Notes: generated from the sequence alone by a model not told the origin. A stretch of DNA of 64,000 nt from an uncultured Chloroflexia bacterium (GCA_963797095.1 CAWCNY010000001.1:64001-128000), one strand, 5' to 3'. Shown: positions 34,234-45,351, counted from the first letter of the stretch. Program-made: numbers and translations.

Positions 34234-35406
34234 TCAGGCCCTCGTGCCCCGGCCTTTCCAGCTTCCTTTTCCTGTCCACGCCCACACCATCGAATTGATC
34301 TCAATGGCGATCATATAGGCTACCGCCAGTGGGTGCAGGAACGAACCGCGCAGAGGATAGGCGAACCTGACAGACAGCAGCAGACGTGTTTGGACGGCTA
34401 CCAGGTACATTGCCACGAAGAGCGCTCCCAGGGCCAGATTGCCCCCGAGGAACGCTCCCAGGGCCATCGGCAGCGGCAATATGTAGAGGGCGGACAGAGC
34501 GAGCACGCCCAGAGCGAGAAAATAGGGCTTGTACCCGAAGAAAGCATAAGCATTCTTCGAATAGCCGCGCCACACCTCGTTCGCACCTTCGTACATTCGC
34601 GTGTGCACAGTCGCCCCGCCATCCGCCAGGATCGCCCTGTACCCCGCCCGCTTTGTTGCACGTGCCAGGGCCACGTCCTCGAGAATCTGCGACCGCACGG
34701 CCTCATGACCGCCGGATGCCTCGTAAGCCTCTCGCTTGAAGAGCATGAACTGGCCGTTGGCGGCTGCGAAGTTTGGTCCCACTCGCGAGAAGGCTATAGG
34801 GAGAGGCAGGAAGTTGTACACGGTCCAGTGCAGCATAGTGGGCACCGCTAGCCGCTCGGCGAAACTCCCCAGCTGTTGCCTGGGAAAGATCGAGAGGAGG
34901 CCCGCATCCCATGCCTGCGCGGCAGCCACCGCGTGGCTCACCGCCCCTGTGTCGAATTCTACGTCGGCATCGGTAAAGAGGAGATAGTCAGGCTGGGCCT
35001 CCGCACTAACCATCTGATAGAGGCTGTGTAGCGCATGCGCCTTACCCAGCCACCCCGCAGGGGGTTGCTCCTTCCCCGCTATGACCCTGACCTGGGCGTT
35101 TCCGTTTTGTGCGTTGGATTGGACCACCTGCTTTGCTGTTTCCAGCGTTCCATCGTCCGAATCGTCGTCGTAGAGCCACATCATCAGGCTCGGGTAATCC
35201 TGTTTCATGAGGGAGCGCAGGCACTTCGCAATGTTGCCCTGCTCGTTGCGTACGGGAATTAGCACAGCGACGAACGGCTTATCTCCGTCCTCAAGCGGGT
35301 AACCGGTGGTGGTTGGTAACACGCGCATGTTTATGACCACAATCCCAAGGAAGGCCAGCAGCACAGCCAGCGCCACTACCGCATACACAAAGAGAGGCGT
35401 AAACAC
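34234..35406 (-). CDS. GT2 carotenoid glucosyltransferase (CruC/CrtQ-like)
   Basis: IPVRNE, DD.SDDGT, GWLGK.HA, FTDADV, ANGQF, EDV.LAR and RMY. Confidence 0.88.
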   Translation of the reverse strand: MFTPLFVYAVVALAVLLAFLGIVVINMRVLPTTTGYPLEDGDKPFVAVLIPVRNEQGNIAKCLRSLMKQDYPSLMMWLYDDDSDDGTLETAKQVVQSNAQNGNAQVRVIAGKEQPPAGWLGKAHALHSLYQMVSAEAQPDYLLFTDADVEFDTGAVSHAVAAAQAWDAGLLSIFPRQQLGSFAERLAVPTMLHWTVYNFLPLPIAFSRVGPNFAAANGQFMLFKREAYEASGGHEAVRSQILEDVALARATKRAGYRAILADGGATVHTRMYEGANEVWRGYSKNAYAFFGYKPYFLALGVLALSALYILPLPMALGAFLGGNLALGALFVAMYLVAVQTRLLLSVRFAYPLRGSFLHPLAVAYMIAIEINSMVWAWTGKGSWKGRGTRA

Positions 35407-36204
35407 CTAGTTTTGTGTGCCTCCAAAGAGCCGTCTTATTTTTCCAATGCCACTCATCACCCCATCCCAGAGCCTATTTACCGAGCCCCGGCCCCCCAGC
35501 ACGTGCTTGTAGCTGCTCTTATGGTATGCTGCCACATCCGCGTGCAATGCACCCGCTTCGGTTGCTATCGCTTCGCGTAATTTCTCCGTTAGAGCGCGCG
35601 ATCCTGCTGCCTCGCTTTCTTGGTCAAAAAGGATAGGCGGGCCGATCCGCACATAAGCATCGGGGGCTTGCTCTATCATGAAGTCGTATCTGATCGCTAC
35701 AGGCACGATCCAGCACTCGCCCACCCTGCGCGCTATGTTCGCCACCCCCCCGAAGAGCTTGAGGGGTCTCGCGTCGGGGTGGCGCATGGTGCCCTGCGGG
35801 AACATCCAGAGCGCCTTGTTCTCTCCGTCCGTCAATAGCGCCGTTATGTACTTGATAGAGTTGAGCGCCTTGCGCGGATCTTCCCTGTCGACCCCGAATA
35901 CCCCTGCCCATGTGAAGAAGGGGTAGCGCGATAGATTAGGCTCCTCCATCATCAAATACGCATCGTGCTCGAATACCCGCTTGTTGAGGAGGGCCGCAAT
36001 GTGCCCGTCGAACCACCCGGAATGGGTCAGGCAAAAAATCACGGGGTGAGTACCTTTGCTCCTCAACTTCAACGTTGCCGTATCTATCCTGGCGTATACC
36101 CCGCCGAACGCCCGCTTCAGCCCCGGCACGAGCAGGAGGTTGTACACTAGCCACTCGCCCGGCGGGTTCTTGTTCGCCCTGTGGAAACCTGAGCGCTGCG
36201 CCAT
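35407..36204 (-). CDS. Lysophospholipid-type acyltransferase (CruD-like carotenoid glucoside acyltransferase)
   Basis: H..WFDG (HxxxxD) and WMFPQG motifs; operonic with GT2 and desaturase. Confidence 0.85.
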   Translation of the reverse strand: MAQRSGFHRANKNPPGEWLVYNLLLVPGLKRAFGGVYARIDTATLKLRSKGTHPVIFCLTHSGWFDGHIAALLNKRVFEHDAYLMMEEPNLSRYPFFTWAGVFGVDREDPRKALNSIKYITALLTDGENKALWMFPQGTMRHPDARPLKLFGGVANIARRVGECWIVPVAIRYDFMIEQAPDAYVRIGPPILFDQESEAAGSRALTEKLREAIATEAGALHADVAAYHKSSYKHVLGGRGSVNRLWDGVMSGIGKIRRLFGGTQN

Positions 36205-37769
36205 TATCTTGTCGCCCCCATTACCAGCCTCGCCACGAGTCGCGCCGACAGCAGCACGAGGGGAATTCCACCGCCCGGGTGCACGCTCCCGCCCACGAAA
36301 TAAAGGCCGTCTACGCCCGGCGCGCGGTTCGGCGGTCTCAGGAAGGCAGTCGCCCGGCTGTTGGACGGCAGGCCGTAGATCGAGCCACGCCAGGCATTAT
36401 ACTGCTCCCTGAAATCTTCGGGAGTGATCACCTCTTCAAAAACGATCCTATCTTTTAGCGCAGCGAGGCCCGCCGCCTCCAGCTTGCCTATGATCGCGTC
36501 TCTGTAAGGTCGTTTCCACATATCCCATTTGCTTGCTCCGTTTGCGGGCAGGGCGGGAGCATTGACAAGCACGAAGAGATTCAGATGGCCGGGCGGTGCT
36601 TGCGCGGGATCGCTTTTTGAGGTGCAGGCTACATAGATTGTCGGATCCGGCGCGGGTATTCCCCGCTCGAAGATCGCACTGAACTCGCCTTTGTAATCGC
36701 CCCCGAAGAAGATGTTGTGGTGAGACAACCTCTCGTAATCGCCCCGCACTCCCAACAGCAATACAAACCCGGAAGAAGACGGCTCCAGCCTCTTCATCCT
36801 CTTCACCAGCCGCTTGTCCTGCCGGCGTGACGGGACCAGGGCCGGATAGGCGTACATTGGGTCGGCGTTCACCACTATGTTGTCCGCGCGCACCTCTTCC
36901 GAGTTTGCCAGTCTCACGCCGACCGCCTGCGCTCCCTGAAATAGTACCTGAGTCACCTCGCAACCGGGCCGGAATTCGACCCCTAACTCCTTCGCTACGG
37001 CCAGCAATGCTTCGGCCAGCCGGTACAGGCCGCCCTGTATATACCACCCACCGCCCGCGATCTCGATATGGGGGATCATCGAGAGGGTGGCGGGCGCACG
37101 GTAGGGTGACGACCCATTATAGGTCGCGTACCTATCGAAAAGCTGCACCAATCGCCTGTCCTTGAAGAACCGGCTCACCGCCCGGTGCATACTTATGTGG
37201 GCATCGATCCTGGCAGCGTCAATCCCGCGCCTGGATAGGAGGTCGCGTGGTTTTGGCCGCTCTCTCAACAGGAAGATCGGCCCCGCCCGCTTGAAAAGTG
37301 TCCGCGAATAAGCCAGGAACCGGAATAGCCCTGTCACATCTCCAGGGGAGAGTGTTTCGACCTCTCGCGCCAATTGAGATAGGTTGGACGACATATCCAT
37401 CTCAGAGCCATCGGGGAACCTGTAGCGGCAGATGGGGTCGAGCGGAGTCAGCGCCAGGTAATCTTGCATACGCCGCCCAGCAGCCCGGAATGTGTCGGCG
37501 ATCACGCCCGGCAGCGTCACGAGCGATGGGCCTGTATCGAACCTGAAGCCTTCGCATTCCACAAGGTTGAGCTTGCCGCCCGCTCGCTCGTGCTTCTCAA
37601 GTAGAGTGACCTTGTACCCGGCTCCCGCCAGACGTACGGCGGCCCCCAGCCCTCCAAGCCCGGCCCCTACTACGATTACGCTTGGTTTAGAGTCCAAATG
37701 CCTGGAAACCTCAACCCGAAAGCTAGAACCCGAAATCGAGGACGGAAAATCCAGCGTAGCCGTCCACAA
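36204..37769 (-). CDS. Phytoene desaturase family oxidoreductase (CrtI/CrtD/CrtP); true start likely near 37697
   Basis: VVGAGLGGL, FDTGPS, RYATYNGS.PY and GGSVHPGGGIP. Confidence 0.93.
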   Translation of the reverse strand: MWTATLDFPSSISGSSFRVEVSRHLDSKPSVIVVGAGLGGLGAAVRLAGAGYKVTLLEKHERAGGKLNLVECEGFRFDTGPSLVTLPGVIADTFRAAGRRMQDYLALTPLDPICRYRFPDGSEMDMSSNLSQLAREVETLSPGDVTGLFRFLAYSRTLFKRAGPIFLLRERPKPRDLLSRRGIDAARIDAHISMHRAVSRFFKDRRLVQLFDRYATYNGSSPYRAPATLSMIPHIEIAGGGWYIQGGLYRLAEALLAVAKELGVEFRPGCEVTQVLFQGAQAVGVRLANSEEVRADNIVVNADPMYAYPALVPSRRQDKRLVKRMKRLEPSSSGFVLLLGVRGDYERLSHHNIFFGGDYKGEFSAIFERGIPAPDPTIYVACTSKSDPAQAPPGHLNLFVLVNAPALPANGASKWDMWKRPYRDAIIGKLEAAGLAALKDRIVFEEVITPEDFREQYNAWRGSIYGLPSNSRATAFLRPPNRAPGVDGLYFVGGSVHPGGGIPLVLLSARLVARLVMGATR

Positions 37770-38439
37770 TCACATCAGCCGCCGATAGGTCTTGCTCTTC
37801 GTTGAAGCCGTTTTTCAGGCCGATGCAGAACATGCCCGCGCTCCTGGCCGACAGCACCCCGTTCTTGCTGTCCTCTATTACTACGCAATCTCCGGGTCCG
37901 ACGCTTAACTTACGGGCGGTGTACAGATAGATATCGGGTGCCGGTTTGCCCTGCCCGCCCACCTCCTCGGCGCTTACGACTACCTGGAACGCGCTCCGCA
38001 GCCGGAACCTGTCGAGCACGATCTCGATCCAGCTTCGCGGCGAAGACGAGGCCAGGGCCAGCGGCACCCCCCAACCGACCATCCTGTCAAACACGTTGCT
38101 GAAACCGGGCAGCAGCCGCGCTTTCTCACGGTAGATCTGGCCCGCGATTTCGTGGTACTGTTCCAGGAAATCCTCTCGCTTCTGCTTCATCCCGTACTCG
38201 TCCCTGAGCATGGCATACAGGTCGTCCAGGCTTCGCCCTATGATCTTGCCCTGGTCTGCCTGGGTCCACCCAGGCACGAGCGATTGCAAGAAGTAGCCTT
38301 CCAGCGATTTCCAGTGCATCTCGCTGTCGACGATTACGCCATCCATGTCGAAGATGATCGCGGCGTACGACGAAGCGCGAAAGTCGAAGGATGAGGGATA
38401 CGGTTTTATCTGGGGCTTGCTGTCGCCGGGATCGCTCAT
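37723..38439 (-). CDS. HAD-superfamily phosphatase
   Basis: [25 protein letters not shown]. Confidence 0.93.
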   Translation of the reverse strand: MSDPGDSKPQIKPYPSSFDFRASSYAAIIFDMDGVIVDSEMHWKSLEGYFLQSLVPGWTQADQGKIIGRSLDDLYAMLRDEYGMKQKREDFLEQYHEIAGQIYREKARLLPGFSNVFDRMVGWGVPLALASSSPRSWIEIVLDRFRLRSAFQVVVSAEEVGGQGKPAPDIYLYTARKLSVGPGDCVVIEDSKNGVLSARSAGMFCIGLKNGFNEEQDLSAADVIVDGYAGFSVLDFGF

Positions 38440-38954
38440 TTGTCGAAGGTTATCAGTTCCTGGCTGTACACTTCGTACGCCCGGTCGTTGAAGCAAACGA
38501 TAGTTACCTGCTCTATGGCATCGCTCTGCCTGAGCATGGTGACGATCTCGTAAATGGCAATATGGGCGGCCTTGTCCAGTGGGAAGCCGTAAGCGCCGGT
38601 GCTAATGGATGGGAAGGCAATGGTCTTGATGTTGTACTTTTCGGCCAGGGCCATGCAGTTCCGATAGCACCGCGCCAGCAATTCGGCTTCGTGGTGCAAG
38701 CCACCTTGCCAGACGGGGCCCACCGTGTGGATCACCCACTTCGCGGGCAGATTGTGCCCCTCTGTGATTTTGGCGTCCCCGGTTTCGCAGCCGCCCAGCG
38801 TTCGACATTCCTCCAGCAAGGCCGGCCCAGCAGCACGGTGGATGGCTCCATCCACGCCTCCGCCGCCCAACAGCGAGTTTTTGGCGGCATTTACGATGGC
38901 GTCTACTCGCTGCTGGGTAATATCGCCCTGCACAACTTCAATTCTGTCTCGCAT
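38436..38954 (-). CDS. ymdB: Macro-domain O-acetyl-ADP-ribose deacetylase
   Basis: GDIT...[24 protein letters not shown]; FPSISTG.YG. Confidence 0.93.
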   Translation of the reverse strand: MRDRIEVVQGDITQQRVDAIVNAAKNSLLGGGGVDGAIHRAAGPALLEECRTLGGCETGDAKITEGHNLPAKWVIHTVGPVWQGGLHHEAELLARCYRNCMALAEKYNIKTIAFPSISTGAYGFPLDKAAHIAIYEIVTMLRQSDAIEQVTIVCFNDRAYEVYSQELITFDK

Positions 38955-39023
38955 AGCTGCTCCTCACCGTGTATTCATGCTGCTACAGAATACACTTTAG
39001 GCCGAGGCGTTGACAAGACGGAC

Positions 39024-40031
39024 TCAGGTAAACCAGGGAGAGTCCCTCAATTGTCTTCCGGCGCGTGGTTGCTTCTTTGCACCTTTTGCTTCTTCCGCTC
39101 CAGGCTCCTGGTCGCGCGGTATTCCCTGTTGGGCTCTCGTTTCCCCGGTTACGAATTGCGCGTTGGATGCGGGGCGCACCAGAGAGCCATATTTGTTTGT
39201 GTACACCTGAGTGAATTCGGCCCCGAAAAGGAATATCTGCGCGGAGTAGTAGATCCACACCAGCACCACTACGAGCGAGCCGGTGGCCCCAAACGCCGAG
39301 CCTACATTGCCGAATCTCAGGTATAGACCGAGGGCGAATTGTCCCAATCCGAACAGCAGCGCGCTGATCGCCGCGCCGACCCATACGTCGGTCCAGGCGA
39401 TCTTCACATCGGGCAGGAATTTGAAGAGCAGCGCGAAGACCACTGTGATCGCCAGGAACGTCAGGATCACGCTCAGTATCTGGCCCACTATATCGCCGCC
39501 GGGTAGGAGGCTCTTGAGGAACTCGCCCAGGGCAGCTACTGCTGCGTTCACCACCAGAGATACCAGGAGCAAGAAGCCTGTGCCCAGCACCATTGTGAAG
39601 GAAAGGAAGCGCTCTTTGAGCGTCGCTAGCAGGCCCCGGTTCGGTTTTGGCTCTACCTCCCAGATCGTATTCAGAGCATCCTTCAACTGGCCGAACACAC
39701 CCGACGCGCCGAGGAGAAGTGTGACGATCCCTATGGCGGTCGCGAGAATGTTGGCTCCCCCCTTGTTGGCGTTGTCTATGGTGGAGCTAATGACGTCAGC
39801 GCCATCCTGGCCGATCACTTGCGCTACAGTGCCCACGATCTGGTTCTTCGCGTTACTGAAGACAAGGCTGGCAATCGCCACCGTGATCAGCAGAAGAGGG
39901 CCGATTGAAAAGATGGTGTAGTAGGCCAGCGAAGCACCCAGCCGCGACGCTTTGTCTTCGCTCCACTCTTTGAAGGTGTCTTTGCCAAGCCCAAGAATGT
40001 CCCCTGCTCCCATAAGAGATGCTCCCTGCAA
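39024..40031 (-). CDS. YihY/virulence factor BrkB family membrane protein
   Basis: A.LAYYTIFS..P, ALNTIW and WIYYSAQI.LFGAEF. Confidence 0.93.
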   Translation of the reverse strand: MQGASLMGAGDILGLGKDTFKEWSEDKASRLGASLAYYTIFSIGPLLLITVAIASLVFSNAKNQIVGTVAQVIGQDGADVISSTIDNANKGGANILATAIGIVTLLLGASGVFGQLKDALNTIWEVEPKPNRGLLATLKERFLSFTMVLGTGFLLLVSLVVNAAVAALGEFLKSLLPGGDIVGQILSVILTFLAITVVFALLFKFLPDVKIAWTDVWVGAAISALLFGLGQFALGLYLRFGNVGSAFGATGSLVVVLVWIYYSAQIFLFGAEFTQVYTNKYGSLVRPASNAQFVTGETRAQQGIPRDQEPGAEEAKGAKKQPRAGRQLRDSPWFT

Positions 40032-40150
40032 GAAGATATGCGAACGCTATATTGCAAGGAGTATGCCGCGAGTGCGGGTGGTGGGAGTGACTGCTGCGTA
40101 CTGCGTACTGCGTACTGCTTATTCTGTTATTGGTTGGTTTTCGGGGCGAA

Positions 40151-41482
40151 TTATGTTGCAATTCTGACCACGGACTCGTAGATGGCTTTGAGGCCCAGCT
40201 CCAGATTTGGAAGCGATATGCGCTCGTCATGGGCATGCATCAACTCGGTGGGGTTGGCATCAGTCTCGTTTCTCATCGGGCCGAAGCCGTAAACGTACAC
40301 GCCGAGCGGCTCTGCGAAGCGTGCATCGCTGGCTCCTGTTGCCATGTAGGGGACCAACCCGCTTCCCGTCAACTGGAAAGTCACGTCCTTCATGATCCTG
40401 AAAAGCTCGGTATCGAACCGGCTCGATGCACCATCCCAATATTCGTAGACCTCGATCTCTACCTCATCGCCTACCGCTTTCTGTACCTCTTTAGCAAAGT
40501 CATCGAGTGTTACGTGCGGGAGCGTGCGCCCGTCGCAACTCACCCAGGCCATGGAGGGGATTACGTTGATCCGGCTGCCGGCAGGGTGCAGAATCGTGGG
40601 TGTTGCCGTGTTTCGCAACTGCGCGTTGAGCGCCAGCTTCATCGAGTGGGGGAACGGGGCGTGTTCCAGCGTTATGTAGAACAACTCGTCTCGCAGGAGG
40701 TCCTCGATCAGCCCTTTTGCGTCGTCCCAGCCATCCAGCATCTCCTCCAGCATACCGCGCACCGCGTCGGTCGGCTGCAACGGCAGCGGGTTGCTACCAA
40801 GCCTCTCGAGCGCCCTCCCAAGCTTGATGATCGCGTTGTCGTCGTGTGGTCGGGAGGCGTGCCCCGGCGAGCCGTGGGCCCGGATGTGGAACCTGCACGC
40901 TCCTTTCTCGGCGACCATGCACGGGAAGAACGAACGCTTGCCAATACGCATCTCACCGCCTGCGCCCTCGCTCAAGCCGTACTCGGCGTCGAGCCAGTGT
41001 GGCATATTCTCCGCGACCCAGCGCATGCCCTTATATGATCCATCCTCTTCGTCGGCAGCCGCCAGCAGCACAACGTCGCGCTTCAGGCGCACCCCTGACC
41101 TGGCAAGGTCAAGGAATGTGGTCAGGTGCCATGAGCACCACTGCTTCATATCCACGGCCCCGCGCCCCCATACATACCCATCCGCTACCTCGCCTGAAAA
41201 GGGCGGCCTTGACCAATATTCAGGCTCCGCGGGCACCACATCGGTGTGCGACATAAGGAGGAGCGGCCTCTCTGAGCCATCACCCTTCAGCACAGCCCGC
41301 AGATTAGCCCGACCGGGTTCCGGCTCGATTACTTCACACTCCACTCCCACCGCCTCGATCTGCTGCCTGATATATTCGGCAGCAATGATCTCGTTTCCCG
41401 GTGGATTGCTGGTATCCAGCCGGATCAACCTCTGCAAATGCCCGATGCAACCATCAAGGAGCGCCTGCCACTTCGTATCCAT
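40151..41482 (-). CDS. M20/M25/M40 metallopeptidase
   Basis: SHTDVVP, GRGAVDMK, DEE, GHAS.P and HAHDERI. Confidence 0.93.
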   Translation of the reverse strand: MDTKWQALLDGCIGHLQRLIRLDTSNPPGNEIIAAEYIRQQIEAVGVECEVIEPEPGRANLRAVLKGDGSERPLLLMSHTDVVPAEPEYWSRPPFSGEVADGYVWGRGAVDMKQWCSWHLTTFLDLARSGVRLKRDVVLLAAADEEDGSYKGMRWVAENMPHWLDAEYGLSEGAGGEMRIGKRSFFPCMVAEKGACRFHIRAHGSPGHASRPHDDNAIIKLGRALERLGSNPLPLQPTDAVRGMLEEMLDGWDDAKGLIEDLLRDELFYITLEHAPFPHSMKLALNAQLRNTATPTILHPAGSRINVIPSMAWVSCDGRTLPHVTLDDFAKEVQKAVGDEVEIEVYEYWDGASSRFDTELFRIMKDVTFQLTGSGLVPYMATGASDARFAEPLGVYVYGFGPMRNETDANPTELMHAHDERISLPNLELGLKAIYESVVRIAT

Positions 41483-41550
41483 ACGCTAATTTCCTCCACC
41501 AACGAGACACCGGAACCATGGACCAGCGCCATTCGCGCCTATGGTCTACC

Positions 41551-41580
41551 TTGACACCTTTCGCGCCCGGAAGGTATAAT
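41551..41580 (+). promoter_or_regulatory. sigma70 promoter of tRNA-Val
   Basis: TTGACA-18bp-TATAAT. Confidence 0.8.
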
Positions 41581-41589
41581 TATGCGTCC

Positions 41590-41663
41590 GGGCGGTTAGC
41601 TCAGTCGGCTAGAGCGCGTCGTTGACATCGACGAGGTCGGGGGTTCGAGCCCCTCACCGCCCA
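41590..41663 (+). tRNA. tRNA-Val(GAC)
   Basis: GGGCGGT TAGCTCAG...CGTCG TT GAC AT CGACG...GGTTCGAG CCCCT CACCGCCCA; CCA not encoded. Confidence 0.97.
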
Positions 41664-41932
41664 CCCAGAAGATTGTCAGGCTTGGGATTTCGGATTGAAG
41701 GGGCCTTATCTGAAATCCGGATTCACGATTCCCAAAAATCGGGTTTCCAGGCTCCGGAATTGTCCTGATTGGTACCATACCACTATTTGTGTATAGTATC
41801 AATATCCTATAGCGTCTCCTGTCTTTGACTTCCAGAGGGTGCTATAATGAGCTTGTGCTGTGAAATGCAGACGCCTCGGCATTCGGTCCGACATTTCCAG
41901 TGTGGTGTTTCAACCTTTCTCTTTGGTGGACT

Positions 41933-43189
41933 ATGGCCGAAAGATCTAAACAAACAAAAATCCTGGACCCCCAGGTGGCGCAAGTGCAGCCCCAAACGAA
42001 GCCGCTTACTATTAGCGGCCTTACGTCGTTGGACCGCCTGACCCGCCTTTATGATGTCATCCGGTCAATTACTTCTATTACTCAGCTTGACAAGCTTCTT
42101 GACCTGATCCTTGCCTCGGCTACCGGTATGGTAGGAGCGCGCGGTGGCTTCCTTATGCTGGTCAACCCTGAGACAAACGAATTGAAGTGCGAAGTGACCT
42201 CCGGCGGGATGGCAGCCGGCCTCAGAGGCGCGGTGCTCAAAATCGATGAGAGGACTGTGCCAGGTATGGTCGCCTCCAAAGGCAAGCCCTACCGGGAGAA
42301 CGATATATCGCGCAGCCCCTTCTTCGCCTCCCAGAAGCGCAACCCCTCAGGTGACTATCCGATCCACAAGCTGATGTGCGTTCCTCTCAAAGTGCAGGAT
42401 CGGATCACAGGAGTGGTGCAAGTTCTCGACAAGACCACCGGCGAAGATTTCAACGACGACGATCTACGCCTCCTGCAAGCGATGGCCGATTCGGCAGCTA
42501 TCTCGGTTGAAAACGTGCGTCTCTACGAAGCGGAACGCAAAAAGAGCGAGTTGCTTAGCCAGGCGTATGAGGACTTGCGCGCCAACTATGACGGCACTCT
42601 GCAAGCTCTTACCGGTCTCCTAGACGCCCGCGATACCGCCACCAGAGGGCACAGCAATCGCGTGGTGGCCCTTACTATGCGTCTCGTACAGGAAATAGGT
42701 ATAACAGATCCTCATCGTGTCCGCTCTATCGAGCTTGGCTCACTATTGCATGATGTGGGTAAGATCGGCGTTCCAGATGCCATCCTCCGCAAGCCCGGCC
42801 CTCTCGATGGGGCGGAGTGGCAGCAGATGCGCGCTCACCCTGAGATCGGTTACCGGCTTCTGAAGCACATTGAATTTCTCAAGGACGCGCTGCCCGTGGT
42901 CCGCTACCACCACGAGCGCTTCAACGGCACAGGGTATCCATATGGCCTTGAAGGGAGGCAGATACCCTTTGAAGCGCGTATATTCGCTGTTGCCGATGCT
43001 TTCGATGCCATCGTCTCGGAGAGACCTTACAAGAAGCCCCGTACATACGAGGAAGCGGTCCATATCTTCACCGAGGATAAAGGCCATTTCTTCGACCCCG
43101 AAGTTGTAGAAGCGTTTCTGAGAGTTCCTAAAGAGGATTGGCTACAGATCCTCGAGGAGTCCCGCGAGACTTCGCTCTCTGAAGTCTAG
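41933..43189 (+). CDS. GAF + HD-GYP cyclic-dinucleotide phosphodiesterase
   Basis: GAF domain, then HS.RV, LHDVGKIG, HHER.NG.GYP and ADAFDA...RPY. Confidence 0.93.
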   Translation: MAERSKQTKILDPQVAQVQPQTKPLTISGLTSLDRLTRLYDVIRSITSITQLDKLLDLILASATGMVGARGGFLMLVNPETNELKCEVTSGGMAAGLRGAVLKIDERTVPGMVASKGKPYRENDISRSPFFASQKRNPSGDYPIHKLMCVPLKVQDRITGVVQVLDKTTGEDFNDDDLRLLQAMADSAAISVENVRLYEAERKKSELLSQAYEDLRANYDGTLQALTGLLDARDTATRGHSNRVVALTMRLVQEIGITDPHRVRSIELGSLLHDVGKIGVPDAILRKPGPLDGAEWQQMRAHPEIGYRLLKHIEFLKDALPVVRYHHERFNGTGYPYGLEGRQIPFEARIFAVADAFDAIVSERPYKKPRTYEEAVHIFTEDKGHFFDPEVVEAFLRVPKEDWLQILEESRETSLSEV

Positions 43190-43290
43190 AAGAACCTGTA
43201 GCAGCGACTTTCCAGCCATTCTGCTCGGTTGTAGGGTTACTCGACCGGGCTATTGGTGTATGTGCTTTGGGTGCCTGTCTGACCTGGCTG

Positions 43291-43767
43291 TTAGTTTTTC
43301 CTCAGGGTTGTGACGAAACCGATTATATTGAACATCCCGTAGCCGATAGGCCATGTAAACGGGAAAATTGCCATGAAATATGCCACAATTGTCCAGATCA
43401 GAGATAGCCACCAACCGACCAGAATGAAATAGATTATACGCACGATCAACGGGAACTGAGTGTCGCCGCGGGCGATCCGCAGCACCCCATCGGCATCTTG
43501 TATCACGTTAATCGACTGACTGCCGGGCGAGAGAGTCATAATTTGCGGAACGCGATTGAGCATTGTAAGGCCGAGTGGTAACCCCACGATAGTGACGTTC
43601 AGCAACCAGGCAATAGCTATCCAGATTGCTGCAAGCCACCAGCCGACGAAAATGAAATAGAGGCCCCTTACGAAACACCCAGGCCCACTGGGGTTGACAA
43701 CGAACACGGTCTTCGGTATTGCTGACAACGGATCTGCCTCAGACCGTTGCGCCGGCGGTTGTGCCAT
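43291..43767 (-). CDS. YccF-domain membrane protein
   Basis: Duplicated R.LYFI.VGWWL...TI.GLP.G motif. Confidence 0.85.
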   Translation of the reverse strand: MAQPPAQRSEADPLSAIPKTVFVVNPSGPGCFVRGLYFIFVGWWLAAIWIAIAWLLNVTIVGLPLGLTMLNRVPQIMTLSPGSQSINVIQDADGVLRIARGDTQFPLIVRIIYFILVGWWLSLIWTIVAYFMAIFPFTWPIGYGMFNIIGFVTTLRKN

Positions 43768-44149
43768 TGATCCTGTTACCTCCTGATATCCATAATGGTG
43801 TTTGCATTACAACGAGAGTGCGAGGTGTTATCACCGCCCTGGAGATGCCTGTTTGGGCATATCAAGCTTCCCAGTCTGCTACATCTCGTCGTATGCGTAG
43901 AATAATAATATCATAGTCTGCCATCGAACCAATAATCTTTCGCAAGTACGCCTGGCGCGTACCTGTCGCCAGGCTTCCAAAAAAGAGCGTTATGCACATG
44001 GCAAGTACCTTTGGCGGCGATATCCACCCCCTAAAGTACGCTTTTTGAAGCCTATTCAAGCAACAACTTGATACGCTAAACTGAATATGCTAGCACAACA
44101 ATAGAACCTATGGTGTTACATACCATCAGATAAGACAAGGAGCAACAGG

Positions 44150-44467
44150 GTGACCAATCTAAGCGGTGTTGAAACGGCAGCCAGGCTTTCTCAGCAAACA
44201 ATCGAAGATTATATAGAAGCATGGGTAGCCAGGGAAATAGAGCGTGTAGCATTCCGCCGGGGTAAAAGCGATCCACGAAGCCTCGCACGCTCTCAAGCAA
44301 AGCTCATGTGTGCCACCCTGGAGGTTGCCAAAGACTGCACGGACGCCGATCACTATCTGGCCTGCAAACAGAGCCTGGACAGACAAGCCTACATGCTGTT
44401 GCGCATCGAGGAAAGCTATAGCTTCGCCTCTTTCCTCTCCGCACCGGAAGAAATCGCATATCGCTGA
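44150..44467 (+). CDS. Hypothetical protein
   Basis: AAGGAG RBS before GTG; followed by a hairpin at ~44510-44539. Confidence 0.6.
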   Translation: MTNLSGVETAARLSQQTIEDYIEAWVAREIERVAFRRGKSDPRSLARSQAKLMCATLEVAKDCTDADHYLACKQSLDRQAYMLLRIEESYSFASFLSAPEEIAYR

Positions 44468-44672
44468 TCATGAGGGGTCGATAGTAAAGCACTTATAGTA
44501 AACGGTGCATCAGAAGAGGCTCGGAAGAGCCTCTTCTGCTTGGCCCTCGCGCACAAATCCCAATCGATCTCGTGTCGAACCTCTGATCGCCCTATGGCCA
44601 CCTAATTGCATATTATGATTGACTCTCACCCATACGCGTGCTAAAATAGTAGTGATAGCGAGAGGGAAAGCA

Positions 44673-45308
44673 ATGGGCGAGCACATCGGTGGGCGACGTT
44701 TACGCGCTGCGGAAGGGTCGCGCTTCTATGTCGACCTGTTACGTGCGGCGGGGTTGGCTGTTGTCCTGGGCCTCATAATGGAGGCTTTGCTGGTAGTCGG
44801 TGGTCAGGAACCCGCCAATCTCACCAGTCTTCTCGATAACGGCCTGTGGCCTTTGCTGGTTTGTATGACGCTTGCCGTAGGTCAGGCGATTTCTTCTGCC
44901 AACCCATCCACCGCGGGTACATTTTCCCTCTTGATCACCCCTCTGGCGTTCCTGGTCGCCAAAATCGCCCCAAAAGGCGTGCGCGATCTCCTGGCAGGCG
45001 TCTCCCTTGGAAACTACCTCTCTGCCGATCTTCTTCTGGAAGCGGGATTGCGTGCTATTGAATATGCTGTGCTGGCGGCAGTTCTCGCCTACTTCTGGCG
45101 GCAACAAGGGGCAGGCATATTAATGCATCTTGGCCTGGGCCTGGGAATTGGTGTTCTGTTCGGCCTCTTTATCGCGGCCTTTGTATCACCGCCCTCTTTC
45201 CTCAACTGGGTTGAGGCGGAGGTGGTCTTTCCTACCGGCTGCGCCTTGATCGTCTACGTGTCGCAGACCCCAACCCAATTGTTACCAGACGACGATATGC
45301 TTACCTGA
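44673..45308 (+). CDS. Hypothetical multi-pass membrane protein
   Basis: About six hydrophobic helices with coherent coding. Confidence 0.7.
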   Translation: MGEHIGGRRLRAAEGSRFYVDLLRAAGLAVVLGLIMEALLVVGGQEPANLTSLLDNGLWPLLVCMTLAVGQAISSANPSTAGTFSLLITPLAFLVAKIAPKGVRDLLAGVSLGNYLSADLLLEAGLRAIEYAVLAAVLAYFWRQQGAGILMHLGLGLGIGVLFGLFIAAFVSPPSFLNWVEAEVVFPTGCALIVYVSQTPTQLLPDDDMLT

Positions 45309-45351
45309 AAAGGCGAGCAAACACAGAATACCTTTCATGCCGGAATCGGGT

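Noticed and set aside
41590-41700. tRNA-Val as an integration site
   Set aside because: No duplicated tRNA 3' end or adjacent integrase was found. The missing encoded CCA in both tRNAs is ordinary.
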